Positions 12,195-24,824 are shown, numbered from the stretch's first letter. The stretch is DNA of 64,000 nt from Octopus bimaculoides (GCF_001194135.2 NC_068998.1:17117616-17181615); one strand, 5' to 3'. Notes: a model not told the origin generated them from the letters alone. Made by a program: numbers and translations.

Positions 12195-12495
12195 CTTCCA
12201 GACATAGAGACTTGTCCTTTCAGATGCTGGCACTACCTAAAAAGCACCCATGCTGGTGCTGCGTTAATGCACCTGTGCCGATGCTGTGTAGAAGCACTTG
12301 TCCCATTGGCATATAAAAAGCACCCAGCACACTCTATTAAGTGGTTGGTGCTAGGAAGGGCATCCAGCTGTTGAAACCATGACACAACAGATAGTTGAAG
12401 TCTGAACGGCTCCTTGCTAACCAGCTCCATGTCAAACCATCTAACCCATGCCAGCATGGAAAGCAGGCGTTAAATGATCATGATAATGATGATGA
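12195..12495 (+). mobile_element. SINE C, decayed
   Basis: GGAAGGGCATCCAGCTG core and a (GAT)n-like tail. Confidence 0.75.
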
Positions 12496-12699
12496 TTTCT
12501 TTTTGTTACTCTAGAGATCTTTTGGCGGGCCCCCACTTTGGCCACTTGTATTTGCAAGTGTACTCTTTTGCTCATTACCCAACCTTCATTACCAAAGGGG
12601 AGATTAATTATACAAACCAAATTGAAGATAGTGAGTTTGGCTTTTTTTTTTTATGAACCTCAGAAATCAGAGAGTCCCTCCAGGTTGAGCCACTACTTC

Positions 12700-12960
12700 T
12701 CCACATTGTGACACTACAGATCTGGTACTACAGACGTGTGAGTAGAATATTGCAGGAAAGAATCACAAGACAGATTCTTCAAGCAAATCCAGTTGGCAGG
12801 AGACCTGGGGATAGACAAAGAATAAGATGGCTGGATAATATCCATAATCTCAGCTGGTCATGCTTGGGAATCCAGCAGGAAGGTGTAATGACAGTTGTTT
12901 CTCATTGGACCCTATAGAGGAGATGCCTCAGGACTCTAACTCTACAACACTCCCAGAAAT
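12700..12960 (+). pseudogene. RTE-clade LINE 3' end
   Basis: IWYYRRVSRILQERITRQILQANPVGRRPGDRQRIRWLDNIHNLSWSCLGI matches the RTE C-terminal WxGHVxR..GKRPxGRPxxRWxD; homologous copy at 16195-16440. Confidence 0.75.
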
Positions 12961-13434
12961 AGTGGGCAGAGAAAATAGATAGATTGATGGATTCATTTTT
13001 ATTGATCTATTTCTAATTTGTGAGTTGTTCCCGATCCTTGTTTGGAAACAATTTTGCTTTAAAATTTAAAGTTGGTTTTCTGTTGCTGGGCTATTTCAAA
13101 CAGTTATAATTTGATTGAAAAGTTGTTTGTTGTTGGGCCATTTCGCCATAAGATTTTACTTTAATTTTCTTCATATCTGGGTTAACAGGATTTTGTTCTT
13201 TTCTGTATTTGGTATCACAGCTGTGTTAATCAAGTTGGCTCATTTCACAATCAGTCATCCTGGCCAATAGGTCTATTTTTGTTGTATAGCGAGGTCTCCA
13301 GACAACTGACAAATCTTGGTAGACCTGCTCTGTTAACAAGAAACCAGGGTATCTAAATAAAATTCTGGCTGTAACTTAAAGAATAATTCATATTCTAATC
13401 CTGTATTGAGTTCTTCCATTTGTCACTGCTGATA

Positions 13435-13486
<52 letters not shown>

Positions 13487-13957
13487 CATACACATATACA
13501 TACATATACACATACATATATGCATAACTACATATATATTTGTACACACACACACACACATATTATTACATTACAAATTTAACTAAATGGAAGCATAACT
13601 CTACTAGTCAAAATGGCTGCAGATTTATCAGAATATGTTCTCTCTCCACTTCAGCTCCTCTCATTGTCTTTCCTTCTCCCCCTCTCTCTCACACACTCTC
13701 ACTCTGTCTCTCTCTCTGTCTCTCTCTCTGGCTTTCATATCTTCAATTTCTCTCCCTTCTTGTCTATTTAGTTATCTTTCACCCTCTCTTTCTGTCCAAA
13801 TGCCTTCCTCTTCTATCTTGCCCTCTCACAATTTCTCTACCAATTTCTCATTTCTGTTCTTCATATTTGTTTTATTTGTCATCAATTACATAAATGACAC
13901 AGGACTTGATTATCAACTTACAACCAACAGGCACGTGCGCAAGCACACACACAAACA

Positions 13958-14003
<46 letters not shown>

Positions 14004-14141
14004 AACACACACACATACACACACTCCAGCACACACACACACAGCATCTCACACAATACACACAAGTACACACACATGCATATACACAAACACACATACA
14101 ACTGCGTGTGTACACACACACATATAAATATACATATACAT

Positions 14142-14186
<45 letters not shown>

Positions 14187-14293
14187 GGTGAAAGTAAAGA
14201 ATTCATATACCTGGTGTTTAGGACTAGGGTTAGGGTTAGGATTAGGGTTTTTGTTACACCAAAAATGGGTGGCGTACGTACTCTTTAACTCTG

Positions 14294-14295
<2 letters not shown>
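14187..14295. mobile_element. Small decayed TIR element with five telomere-like hexamers
   Basis: TA flanks; degenerate terminal inverted similarity (about 17/27 including the TA); TTAGGA CTAGGG TTAGGG TTAGGA TTAGGG at 14218-14247. Confidence 0.45.
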
Positions 14296-14353
<58 letters not shown>

Positions 14354-14652
14354 TACATATATTTATATATATATATATATATAGATAGATATATATACAT
14401 ACACATACGTAAGTATTAATATGTATGTACATGTTTGTGTGTAGCTAGTATATAATGAAATATATACACATGCATAGATATATGCATATGTTTGATTGGG
14501 TATATGTAAGTGTATGTAATTCTTGTACATTAATGAATATTTCCACAAATTTATAAGCTATGCACCATATCTGATCAAAAGCTTGATGCGTGTTTTTAAT
14601 GTCTGTGTGTATGTTTGTTTCATTGTGTGTGTGTATGCACACACACACACAT

Positions 14653-14726
<74 letters not shown>

Positions 14727-15319
14727 TCACATTTATAGATTAAAACTTTGGATTATACTGAAATATACATAAATGCCCAATCTCATCAATATACAGCAAG
14801 ATTACAAATGTATATGAGCTTAATGTGACAGTACAGTAGATTGGAGGTAAAAGTTCCTAGTGAACTTGTCTGCAGCAGAAGTTCAATTCCCAGTTGTGCC
14901 ATTTCATATCACTTATGCTCCATGCCTATAATTTTCAGACATAGGTCAATAACCTGGAAATAAATGGACATGAGTGAAATAAATTGTTCACAACATAAAA
15001 TATGTTGTTGTTGTTGTGGTGGTGGTGGTGGTGGTGGTCGTGTAGTTGTAGCCTTAGCATAGATCAAGTAAGTTTCTGACCCATAGGTATTCAGTTAAAT
15101 TGGACAAGTTTGAGCCACTAGTATACTAGCTTAGATATATCATGCCTCCTGATAGTTGAGGACATTATAGGTAGAACGAGACAATTGGGCGTGGCAGTCT
15201 GGGTGCTGGCAATTTGGCAGAGCTGAATGGATGCATGGACCTGCTTTGGTGACAGTACCTTTAGCATTGGAGGCAAATGCACACATATGCATGAACATGA
15301 AGAAATGCACACATACAGA

Positions 15320-15330
15320 AAGAAAGAAAA

Positions 15331-15377
<47 letters not shown>

Positions 15378-15611
15378 GATAAGTAGGTAGGTAGATAGAT
15401 AGATAGATAGATAGATAGACAGGGTGATGGACAGATGGACAGATGAATGAACAAACAGAAGGACAAAAGGATGGATGGACATACAGTTGGATGGATGGAT
15501 GAACAGATGGACAGATGGATGAACGGATGGACGGTCAGACAAACGAATGGTCAGACAGATTAATGGACAGACAAATGAACGGACAGACAGATGAATGGAT
15601 GGATGGACAAA
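15320..15611. repeat. (AGAT)n followed by degenerate (GGAT/GGAC)n
   Basis: Directly visible. Confidence 0.9.
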
Positions 15612-16194
15612 NNNNNNNNNNNNNNNNNNNNNNNNNNNNNNNNNNNNNNNNNNNNNNNNNNNNNNNNNNNNNNNNNNNNNNNNNNNNNNNNNNNNNNNNN
15701 NNNNNNNNNNNNNNNNNNNNNNNNNNNNNNNNNNNNNNNNNNNNNNNNNNNNNNNNNNNNNNNNNNNNNNNNNNNNNNNNNNNNNNNNNNNNNNNNNNNN
15801 NNNNNNNNNNNNNNNNNNNNNNNNNNNNNNNNNNNNNNNNNNNNNNNNNNNNNNNNNNNNNNNNNNNNNNNNNNNNNTAATAGTCAAATAGTTTAATAGT
15901 TGTGATTACAAGTTAGTAGTCAACTAGAATAAGAACAAAATGTTCACATTGCCAAAAGATCCCAGGGTTAAAATGTATCATGTCAAATAAGTCAGTGTTG
16001 AACCAGCAATGCAAAGTAGGCAGGGCTAAATAGGCAGGGCCAAATAAGTAGGGCCAAAATGGCAGTGTCAAAACATGTCACACCCCTTTATAGTATATGC
16101 AGACATATGATTTTTTTTGTTATGAAAGACATATGAAAGTGAAGATAGGTATGTTTTATTTGCTGTCAATTACATAACAGACACAGGACTTGAT

Positions 16195-16440
16195 TATCTG
16201 GTACTATGGACATGTGCTCAGAATGTTGCAGGAAAGAATTGTGAGATGGATTCTTCAAGCTGAACCAACTAGTAGAAGACCTAGGAGCCGACCAGGAATA
16301 AAATGGTTGGATAGTATCCATAATCTCAGTTCATCATGCTGGGTCAGCAGGAAAGTGCAATGACAGTTGGATCCTATGGAGGAGGTGCCTGAGGACTCTA
16401 ACCCAGGAATAGTGAGTGAAGAAAATGGATGAACAGGACA
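16195..16440 (+). pseudogene. RTE-clade LINE 3' end, second copy
   Basis: IWYYGHVLRMLQERIVRWILQAEPTSRRPRSRPGIKWLDSIHNLS. Confidence 0.75.
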
Positions 16441-16763
16441 GATAGACTTGATCATCAACTCGTAACACCCCACCCCACACACATTCACTCCATCTGCACT
16501 CTGTTCCTGTAGGCTTGTAGTTTCTGTTGGTGAACCTGAGACCTTTATATGTATATTCTCAGGTTGGCCTATAACTTGTGAGGGAAACTAAATTGACAGA
16601 AACTATATAGAAAGCTGTCAGATTGATTCAAAGGTATTTGTAATTCCAAAGCTATAGCCTTGTCACATATTGGGTTGTATGAATTCTACTTGGGATCAAT
16701 ATAATCAACTAGACCATCCCCTAAAATTTCAGGCCTTGTGCCTATAGTAGAAAAAATTATTAT

Positions 16764-16819
<56 letters not shown>

Positions 16820-16835
16820 CATTATTATTATTAAG

Positions 16836-17052
16836 GCAATGACCTGAAAGATTCATTAGCATACTGGACAAAGTGCTTAGTGGTATTTTGTTTGCTTTTA
16901 TGTTCTGAGTTCAAATTCTACTGAGGTTGACTTTGCTCTTTATCTTTTCAGGGTTCATGAGATAAATACCATTTGAGCCCTGGGGTCGGTATAGTTGACA
17001 AGCCCTTTCTCCAAAGTTTCGGGCTTCATGCCTATAGTTGAAAGGATTATTA
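16836..17052 (+). mobile_element. SINE A2, decayed
   Basis: GTTCTGAGTTCAAATTC..GATAAATACCATT..GGGGTCG. Confidence 0.65.
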
Positions 17053-17759
17053 TTGTAATTATTGATGTTTTTTAACCCCAGTTCAATTATGATCAAGCAC
17101 AACTATGATGAAAAAACTTTCCATCCACGATCATATAAACCAGTTATTCATGTTTCATAGTTGGGCTGTTGGCAACTAAACTGGTAACACCACCCACATG
17201 TCTCGCATTGGTGTGTGGAGGCCGGATAGATGCACTGACAAGATGAAAAAACAATATCTTCATCTACAAGGATGGATGAACTCAGCAAGGAGTCACTGGC
17301 CATTGATCAACCCCAAAAATGGAGTGGGACCCTCATTGAGATTTTTAAGTGCAGTGTTGATGACCCCTGCTTATAGTTGCCTCTCTCACTCTCAAATGTA
17401 TTAGCCTTACTTTTCCTCTGACCCTGAGAGACATAGAGACATGGATGAGAGAAGCCCTTTAATGAGAACAAAAGCTTTTTACACATTATTTGCATGGACT
17501 GTGGCCATGCAAGGGCATCATTTTGAAGGGTTTTAGTTGAACAAATTAACCCCAGTACTTGTATTTTGAGTCTGGCACTTATTCTGTTGGTCTTTATAAC
17601 TAAGATAGAGGAATGCAAACAAACCAACACTGGTTTGTGAAGTGAAGCGGTGGGGCTGGGATTGATTGGAGACAAACACAGATACAAAGACACACACTCG
17701 CGCACATAAATACACAGACCCACATATGCACAAGTGAACACACACACAAACACACACAC

Positions 17760-17905
17760 ACATGAAGGAAGGACTTCCACATGGCTTCTGCCTATCAAGG
17801 CATTGGTCAGCCAGAGGCTAAAGCAGAAAAACTTTCCCAAGGTGCCATGCAGTGGGATTGAACCTGAAACCACATGGTTGCAAAGTGAGCTTCTTAACTA
17901 CACAT
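17760..17905 (-). mobile_element. SINE B 5' module
   Basis: CCCAAGGTGCCATGCAGTGGGATTGAACC (reverse CORE-like segment and tRNA head). Confidence 0.7.
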
Positions 17906-18135
17906 CCATGCTTAAATTTTCTTTCTCTTTTCATTGCATTGTTGGAAATGGCTGACATGTGCTATTCATATCAAGGACTACAACGCCCAGTGTGTGTATC
18001 CTAGATTTAGAATAGTTACGCCACACCATTGTATGCTGTAAGAACAAGTAAAAGGGTTGGTGACAATCCCTCAAGAAAATCGTCGGACAATGATGGAGTG
18101 TTAAATAGAAAGGTGAAAGCAGATGTAAAATACTG

Positions 18136-18518
18136 TTGCTGTTGAAGATGATGATGATGATGATGACAATGATGACGACAATGGTGTTGCTAGTGCTGCT
18201 GATGGAGATGGTGACAATGGTGGTGGTGATGGTGATGATGATGACAATGATGATGACAACGATATGATGATGATAATGGTGGTAGTGATGGCAGTGGTGG
18301 TAATGGTGGCAGTGGTGGTGATTGTGGTGATGGTGATGGTGGTGGTGGNNNNNNNNNNNNNNNNNNNNNNNNNNNNNNNNNNNNNNNNNNNNNNNNNNNN
18401 NNNNNNNNNNNNNNNNNNNNNNNNNNNNNNNNNNNNNNNNNNNNNNNNNNNNNGGTGGTAATGGTGGCAGTGGTGGTGATTGTGGTGATGGTGATGGTGG
18501 TGGTGGTGGTGGTGGTGA
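18136..18518. repeat. Degenerate (GAT)n/(GGT)n trinucleotide repeat
   Basis: Directly visible; interrupted by an N-gap. Confidence 0.9.
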
Positions 18519-19379
18519 CATAGATTCTGTTGGTTTACCACAACAGTGAGAGACACACACACACAAACACAATATAGACCATGTAACAAATTCAGCATTT
18601 TGTCCTTTTGCAAATATCATTGATAATGTACATCTTTATGTAGTATTTAAAAATTCATTTTTTTTTTTTGGTCATTTCGTATTTGGTTGAGGGCATAATG
18701 AGATTTTTGTTGCTGTATCTATTTATCTTTTTACTTTTTGAGCCTGTATGCATTATGTGTGTTTCTGTACTTAACAGATTTGTTACCAGCCAACATATTC
18801 TTATGCAGCATAATTGCAGTACAGGCTACAGACTAAAAAACTATGCGCTATAGATAGAAATACGGTTATGTTTCTAATATGAAGCAGAGTTAGGAATTGA
18901 AAATCCCTATGGACTCTGCACACTTCACTATTAATGTGGAACAAGCACTTAAGTGTTTATGCATATAAACTTCAACACACACACACACACACACATACAC
19001 ATGCATACACACACATACATATATATATACATAAGCATACATGCATGCATGCATACCTACATGCATACACACACATCCGCCTACACACACATTTGTGTAT
19101 CGCCATAAATATATGTGTGTGTGCATGTGTATGTGTGTGTTTGTGTGTGTGTTTGTGTGTGTGTGTGCATATTCCCTGTGGATGTGTAACACACACATAC
19201 ATATATGTATACATAAGCATACATGCATGCATGCATGCATACCTACATGCATACACACACATTTGTGTATCGCCCTAAATATATGTGTGTGCTTGTGTGT
19301 GTGTTTGTGTGTGAGTATGCGTGTGTGTTTGTGTGTGTGCATATTCCCTGTGGATGTGTAACATTAGTGTGCATGAACC

Positions 19380-19700
19380 CTAAAGAACAAATGAACTGCG
19401 AGAACAATACACCTCATTCTTCTCATACACAGAAGAATGAGGTGTATTGTTCACAAGAGAAGGCTGTGCTGGTATGTGATGCATATGAAGGATAACTGAT
19501 GCATAAAGAAGTGCTGAGAACTGCATGTTATAGGAACATGTAGCAGAGGGAGACCAAAAATGGCTTAGGATGAAGTGGTGAAGGCTGATCTGATGATGTG
19601 GCATCTCTTGGAAGAGATATGAAATAACTATACTGATTGATGATATGCTGTGCAGCAAAGGACCTGACTGTTTGTGCCAAAATGCCCCTTGACACAAGAG
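19380..19700 (+). pseudogene. RTE-clade LINE 3' end, carrying an internal perfect hairpin
   Basis: Translations ELRE..QEKAVLV/..CIKKC*ELHVIGTCSRGRPKMA*DEVVKADL match the RTE C-terminus. Confidence 0.65.
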
Positions 19701-20599
19701 TAGTGTTTCGGGGTTGATATCCTTTGTACACAGCTAAGCAATCAGTGTACATTTTGCAACCCCACTTACTTTACACCTTTTCAATTTTTTGACTCCCCTG
19801 CCTCACCAAGTTGCTTGGTCTCCCATCAGCTCACTTTATTCTTCCACTAGCTCCATGTGTAAGAGACTGCATTGATCCCATACCTTCTCTGACTCCCTTA
19901 CTCTTCACTTGGCCTATGTATCAGAGACTGCATTGGTCCACCCTCATCCTTTCACCAGACCAATGTATAACAGATTGCATTGGGCCATCATCATGCCTTT
20001 ATAATTCCTTCTTACTAGTGCTTCCCTCTTACCCTTTTTGTCCCCTCTGCTACCAGCCATTGCTCTCTACTCTTTTCTCTATGGCCACTTCTGTTACCAC
20101 CCATCATTTAATTTTTATCTTAACACATTACTTCACTCTTGCTTTTGTTCACCTCTACTGTTGCTAATCCCTTTCTAATCTTTATCTCATCCTATCACCC
20201 ACCCTCAACCTTGTCTACCTCTGCTTTTCTCAATAATCTTGCCACTTACATCATGGTTTTGTTTTATTCCCTCTTCCATCCAGCAGTCCAGTCCCTTTTG
20301 ACATAATCAATCTCACTCTCTCCTTCTAACTCCCTCCTTAGCCAACTGAGGAAGTGTCCACATCCTAGGTTGCACTCACTTGCTCTCCTCACTTATTTTG
20401 GTTTCACTGCTGGCACCACAAGCAATGCAAGTATCTTCATTGCAAGCAGTACACTTGCATCATCATTCAACCCAATTCTTGAATCCTCTTTGAAAAAAAT
20501 TCAGGTGTGCATATTTGTACCCTCTTCTCCACAGCCATATGTTTGCATCTTGTTTCATCTTATTTGCATCATCAAATCATTATCTGTCCTTCATTGAAC

Positions 20600-21590
20600 C
20601 AAACAGGTGGAAGTTGGAAAGATGCCAGATCCAGGCTGCACAAAGGATGAGGAATAACTGATCAGCTCAATTTGCTGATTATCTGATTTGTTGCCAGAGA
20701 AGTTTGTGATTGCACATTGTCATGGTGAATGAGGATTGTTTTCAGCTCCTTGTTCAGTCTTTTCCTCCTAATGGCTCAATGTAGTACTTGCTATCTACTG
20801 TACAACCATATTTTAGAAAATCAAGGAGAATGATGCCCTTGTCCTCTCCAAAACAGTCACTATAAATTTCTGTGTTGATTGCTGACTTCTGAAATTCTTA
20901 GGCCTTGGAGAAGAGATGTGATATCGTTTCATAGACAGACTGAGCCTTCCTCTTTGAATCATAAAGATATATAAATATCCATGCTTCATCCCCTGTCATC
21001 AGAACAGTTAAAACATATCTTCAAATACCAGATCAGAAAAACAATGGAACTTCCAACATTTCTAACAGATCAGAGTAGACTTCCACCTTTCTCTACTTCA
21101 AATCAAGTGTCCACTGTCAAACTATACACTTTGCATACACTTTACGATATCCAAATTCATTCTCCATCTACTGTAATGCATTATAACCACAGTCCAGTTG
21201 TGAACGAGATCATGGATGACAACTCATCTGTTTACATGATTCAATTCATCCATTTGCTGGTGATTCATGTCAGTGGTTGCAGTTGATGGTCTCCTAAGGC
21301 ATAGTTTGAATTCAATGCTTGTTTCCTCTTCCTTAAACTTGTGCTATTATCTGTGCACATTCCTCTTGTCAATGGTATCATCTTTGTAAAAAAAGCTGTA
21401 GCCTTCCATTGCTGATGGACAGTAAGTCAGTACCCTTCTATCATCAAGAAAATGTTACTTCTGCCTGGAACCTATTATTTGCCTTGGGTTATTATAGAAT
21501 AAGAGTTACTCTATCAACATATGCAATTTGAATGAACTATGTCAGTTAATAAAAGGATAAGCTAACTTTTGTATGAGTTTCGGTACAGCT
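20600..21590 (-). pseudogene. mariner transposase remnant
   Basis: Minus-strand MTGDEAWI, SPRPKNFRSQQS..GIILLDFL..YY, FHHDN and PHPLCSLDLA (YSPDLAP-like). Confidence 0.75.
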
Positions 21591-21806
21591 CTCACGTGCG
21601 TGTGTGTTTGTGTGTGTGTGTATGTGTGCGTGCGTGTGTGTGCGTGTGTGTGTGTGTGAGTGTGCGTGTGTGTGCGTGCATGCATGTGTGCATGCGTGTG
21701 TGTGTGTTTCATTCAAATTGTGCATGCTGGTAGAGTGGCTCTTTCTCTATAGTAACACTTTTTACTGTTATTCTTCATTGCAGGCAAATAGTGGTTTCCA
21801 AACAGA

Positions 21807-21885
<79 letters not shown>

Positions 21886-21893
21886 TATATATA

Positions 21894-23061
21894 TATTGTT
21901 TCATTCCATAAATAAGGCAGTTTTTTTTTAATTGCATAAACTACCTGCATTAACTTGCTATAAAAGCAGGTAGTAATTTTACCTTGTCCTAATTCTAAGT
22001 GCAAATTATGAAGAATGCACTTCCATTTTAACAGTTACTTTTTCAAAGCTATAATGGAAGTGACAGAGGAGCATATTCGATATATTTTGCTTTATGAGTT
22101 CAATAAAGGCAACAATGCAACGGAAAGTATGAGGAATATTAATGCAATATATGGGGATCTGAAAATAAACATGAGCCAGTGGCAACGGTAGTTCCAGAAA
22201 TTCTGAGCAAGGAAACTACAGCCTAGAAAATGAGCCTCATCCTGGCAGATCTGTAGAGCTCGATGAGGATGTCCTGCAAACACTGGTGGAACAAAATCCC
22301 ATCATAACTGTTGAGAAACTAGCAGAGAAGCTTGGATATGGTCATTTAACCATTTGTTGATACCTGTGTGCCATCGGAAAAGTCAGAAAATTGGGTCAAT
22401 GGGTTCCTCACAAACTTTCCAAGTATAATCACGTGCAGAGAGGGAATATGTGCTCTTCTTTGCTGTTATACCTCATGAATGAACCTTTTTTGGATCTAAT
22501 AGAGACTGGTGACAAGAAATGGGTTCTCTATAAAAATGTTAAGTGCTGAAGACAGTTGGTAGGGAAAGGAGAAACACCACTTTAAACTTTTAAACCCAAA
22601 CTAAACTATAACAAAGAACATCTACTGTGAGCAGCTTGAGCGGCTTAAGCAAGTGCTAGAAGAAAACAACCATCTTTTGTTTCAAGATGAAAGGTGCTCT
22701 TCCATCAGGATAATGCTCAGCAACATATAGCAAGGATGACATTCCAAAGGCTGGAGCAGTTTGAATGGGAAACAATGCCCCATCCACCATCTAATTATCA
22801 TTTATTCAGAAGTCTTCAAAATCATTTGGATGGAAAAAATATGAATTCTGTAGACAAGGTCGGAAGAGTATCAGAGGAGTATTTTTCATCACAGGCAAGT
22901 AAATATTGGAAGAAGAGCCTTTCAAGCTTACCTGAAAGATGGAAGAGCATTACAAAAAATGAAAGAGAGTATATTTTAGATTAAAAAAGAACTTTGTTTA
23001 TCTTAATTTAAAAAAATAAAAGATGTAAAAAGAACCGCATTATTTATGGGATGACTCAATA
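21894..23061 (+). mobile_element. Near full-length defective mariner element with both TIRs
   Basis: 5' TATTGTTTCATTCCATAAATAAGGCAG versus reverse complement of the 3' end TATTGAGTCATCCCATAAATAATGCGG; embedded in (TA)n. ORF remnants MEVTEEHIRYILLYEF, WVPHKL, TGDKKW, HQDNA and HPP-SNYHLFRSLQN, with the YSPDL motif and part of the centre deleted. Confidence 0.92.
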
Positions 23062-23071
23062 TATATATATC

Positions 23072-23292
23072 ATCATCATCGTTTAACGTCCGCTTTCCAT
23101 GCTAGCATGGGTTGGACGATTTGACTGAGGACTGGTGAAACCGGATGGCAACACCAGGCTCCAGTCTGATTTGGCAGAGTTTCTACAGCTGGATGCCCTT
23201 CCTAACGCCAACCACTCAGAGAGTGTAGTGGGTGCTTTTACGTGTCACCCGCACGAAAACGGCCACGCTCGAAATGGTGTCTTTTATGTGCC
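23072..23292 (-). mobile_element. SINE C, young copy
   Basis: (CAT)n tail then CGTTTAACGTCCGCTTTCCATGC...GGATGCCCTTCC; truncated by the gap. Confidence 0.9.
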
Positions 23293-23993
23293 NNNNNNNN
23301 NNNNNNNNNNNNNNNNNNNNNNNNNNNNNNNNNNNNNNNNNNNNNNNNNNNNNNNNNNNNNNNNNNNNNNNNNNNNNNNNNNNNNNNNNNNNNNNNNNNN
23401 NNNNNNNNNNNNNNNNNNNNNNNNNNNNNNNNNNNNNNNNNNNNNNNNNNNNNNNNNNNNNNNNNNNNNNNNNNNNNNNNNNNNNNNNNNNNNNNNNNNN
23501 NNNNNNNNNNNNNNNNNNNNNNNNNNNNNNNNNNNNNNNNNNNNNNNNNNNNNNNNNNNNNNNNNNNNNNNNNNNNNNNNNNNNNNNNNNNNNNNNNNNN
23601 NNNNNNNNNNNNNNNNNNNNNNNNNNNNNNNNNNNNNNNNNNNNNNNNNNNNNNNNNNNNNNNNNNNNNNNNNNNNNNNNNNNNNNNNNNNNNNNNNNNN
23701 NNNNNNNNNNNNNNNNNNNNNNNNNNNNNNNNNNNNNNNNNNNNNNNNNNNNNNNNNNNNNNNNNNNNNNNNNNNNNNNNNNNNNNNNNNNNNNNNNNNN
23801 NNNNNNNNNNNNNNNNNNNNNNNNNNNNNNNNNNNNNNNNNNNNNNNNNNNNNNNNNNNNNNNNNNNNNNNNNNNNNNNNNNNNNNNNNNNNNNNNNNNN
23901 NNNNNNNNNNNNNNNNNNNNNNNNNNNNNNNNNNNNNNNNNNNNNNNNNNNNNNNNNNNNNNNNNNNNNNATATATATATATATATATATATA

Positions 23994-24170
23994 TAATCAA
24001 AATAAGTAAAAGGATTTCAAGTAGTAATGCAGTACGACCATTTCAAGTGGCTCCATTTAATTGAACAATGCCTTGATTATATCAGTTTTAAATACAGCGC
24101 TATCTTCAGCTACACAAATATGGAATTTCAACAGACAAGATACATTAATATAATTTTTCTTAAATATCTT
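23994..24170 (+). repeat. Half copy (left arm plus spacer) of the fold-back element at 31319-31588
   Basis: Shares AATCAAAATAAG..GTAATGCAGTA..CTCCATTTAATTGAACAATGC..TCTTCAGCT. Confidence 0.7.
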
Positions 24171-24584
24171 AACAAAGCAAGAACATGGAAGAAATTCATG
24201 TTGTGCCTATTGTAGCAGGAATAGCTAAGAGAACACTACAGTTTATTTATAGAGTGGCATGGAACACAGTGGCGGCCATAGGGTTATAATTCCTTTCCAA
24301 ATAATATCTATTTCTTTATCATTCAACTAAAATCTGAAATTAGAAGACTGTGTATATTTAGAATAAAGAGCAAAAAGTGTTGAAACAGCTGTAATTTATG
24401 AGATGTGTCATTTGTTTGTATAAAATAATAAAATTGAATTGAATTTATCATTTAATGATTAAATTATTTAATTGTTCAATTTATTGTTTTGAAAAAATAA
24501 AAAATAAAAAAGAAAAAAGAAAAAAGAAAAAATAAAATAAAAAAGAAAAGCAAGGAGAGAGTTAATAAAGAGATGAAGGAAAAG

Positions 24585-24824
24585 TTTTATTCTCAAATGC
24601 AGGATAATGCTAATAATATAGCATGAACAGGATAAACTATCCATATTTTGCAGAGAACTATGTTGTTGGGTCAGTTTAGCTTAATGGTAAAGCACAGGAT
24701 GTATAATCAAAGGGATGTGAGTTTGAGTCTCATGGCTGGCCGCCGCCAGATTTTTCTGCAAAATATGGATAGTTTATCCTGTTCATGCTATATTATAAGC
24801 ATTATCCTGTGTTTGGGAATAAAA
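24585..24824. mobile_element. Fold-back element with 70-bp inverted arms enclosing a tRNA-like sequence
   Basis: Arms 24585-24654 and 24755-24824 differ at 4 of 70 positions; 100-nt centre. Confidence 0.8.
24670..24741 (+). pseudogene. tRNA-like sequence (Ile-UAU/Met-like), decayed
   Basis: Acceptor stem GTCAGTT/GGCTGGC; A-box TAGCTTAATGGTAAAGC; T-arm GTGAG-TTTGAGT-CTCAT; anticodon loop TGTATAA with a broken stem; T5 run at 24751-24755. Confidence 0.7.

Noticed and set aside
17976-17994. ACTACAACGCCCAG resembling the ZNF143/THAP11 promoter motif
   Set aside because: It is a single mismatched motif with no CpG island or exon support.
17931-18620. Poly-His/Pro/Thr ORFs
   Set aside because: They are translations of a (GGT/GAT)n repeat across a gap; there is no splice or homology support.
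20346-20380. CTGAGGA followed by a possible stem (AGTG..CACT) after a pyrimidine-rich region
   Set aside because: The GAAA half of the core is absent; at most a dead hammerhead.
23125-23150. CTGAGGA..GAAAC in every SINE C copy, resembling a hammerhead core
   Set aside because: It lacks the G-C pair closing stem II, the U16.1 and any stem I pairing.
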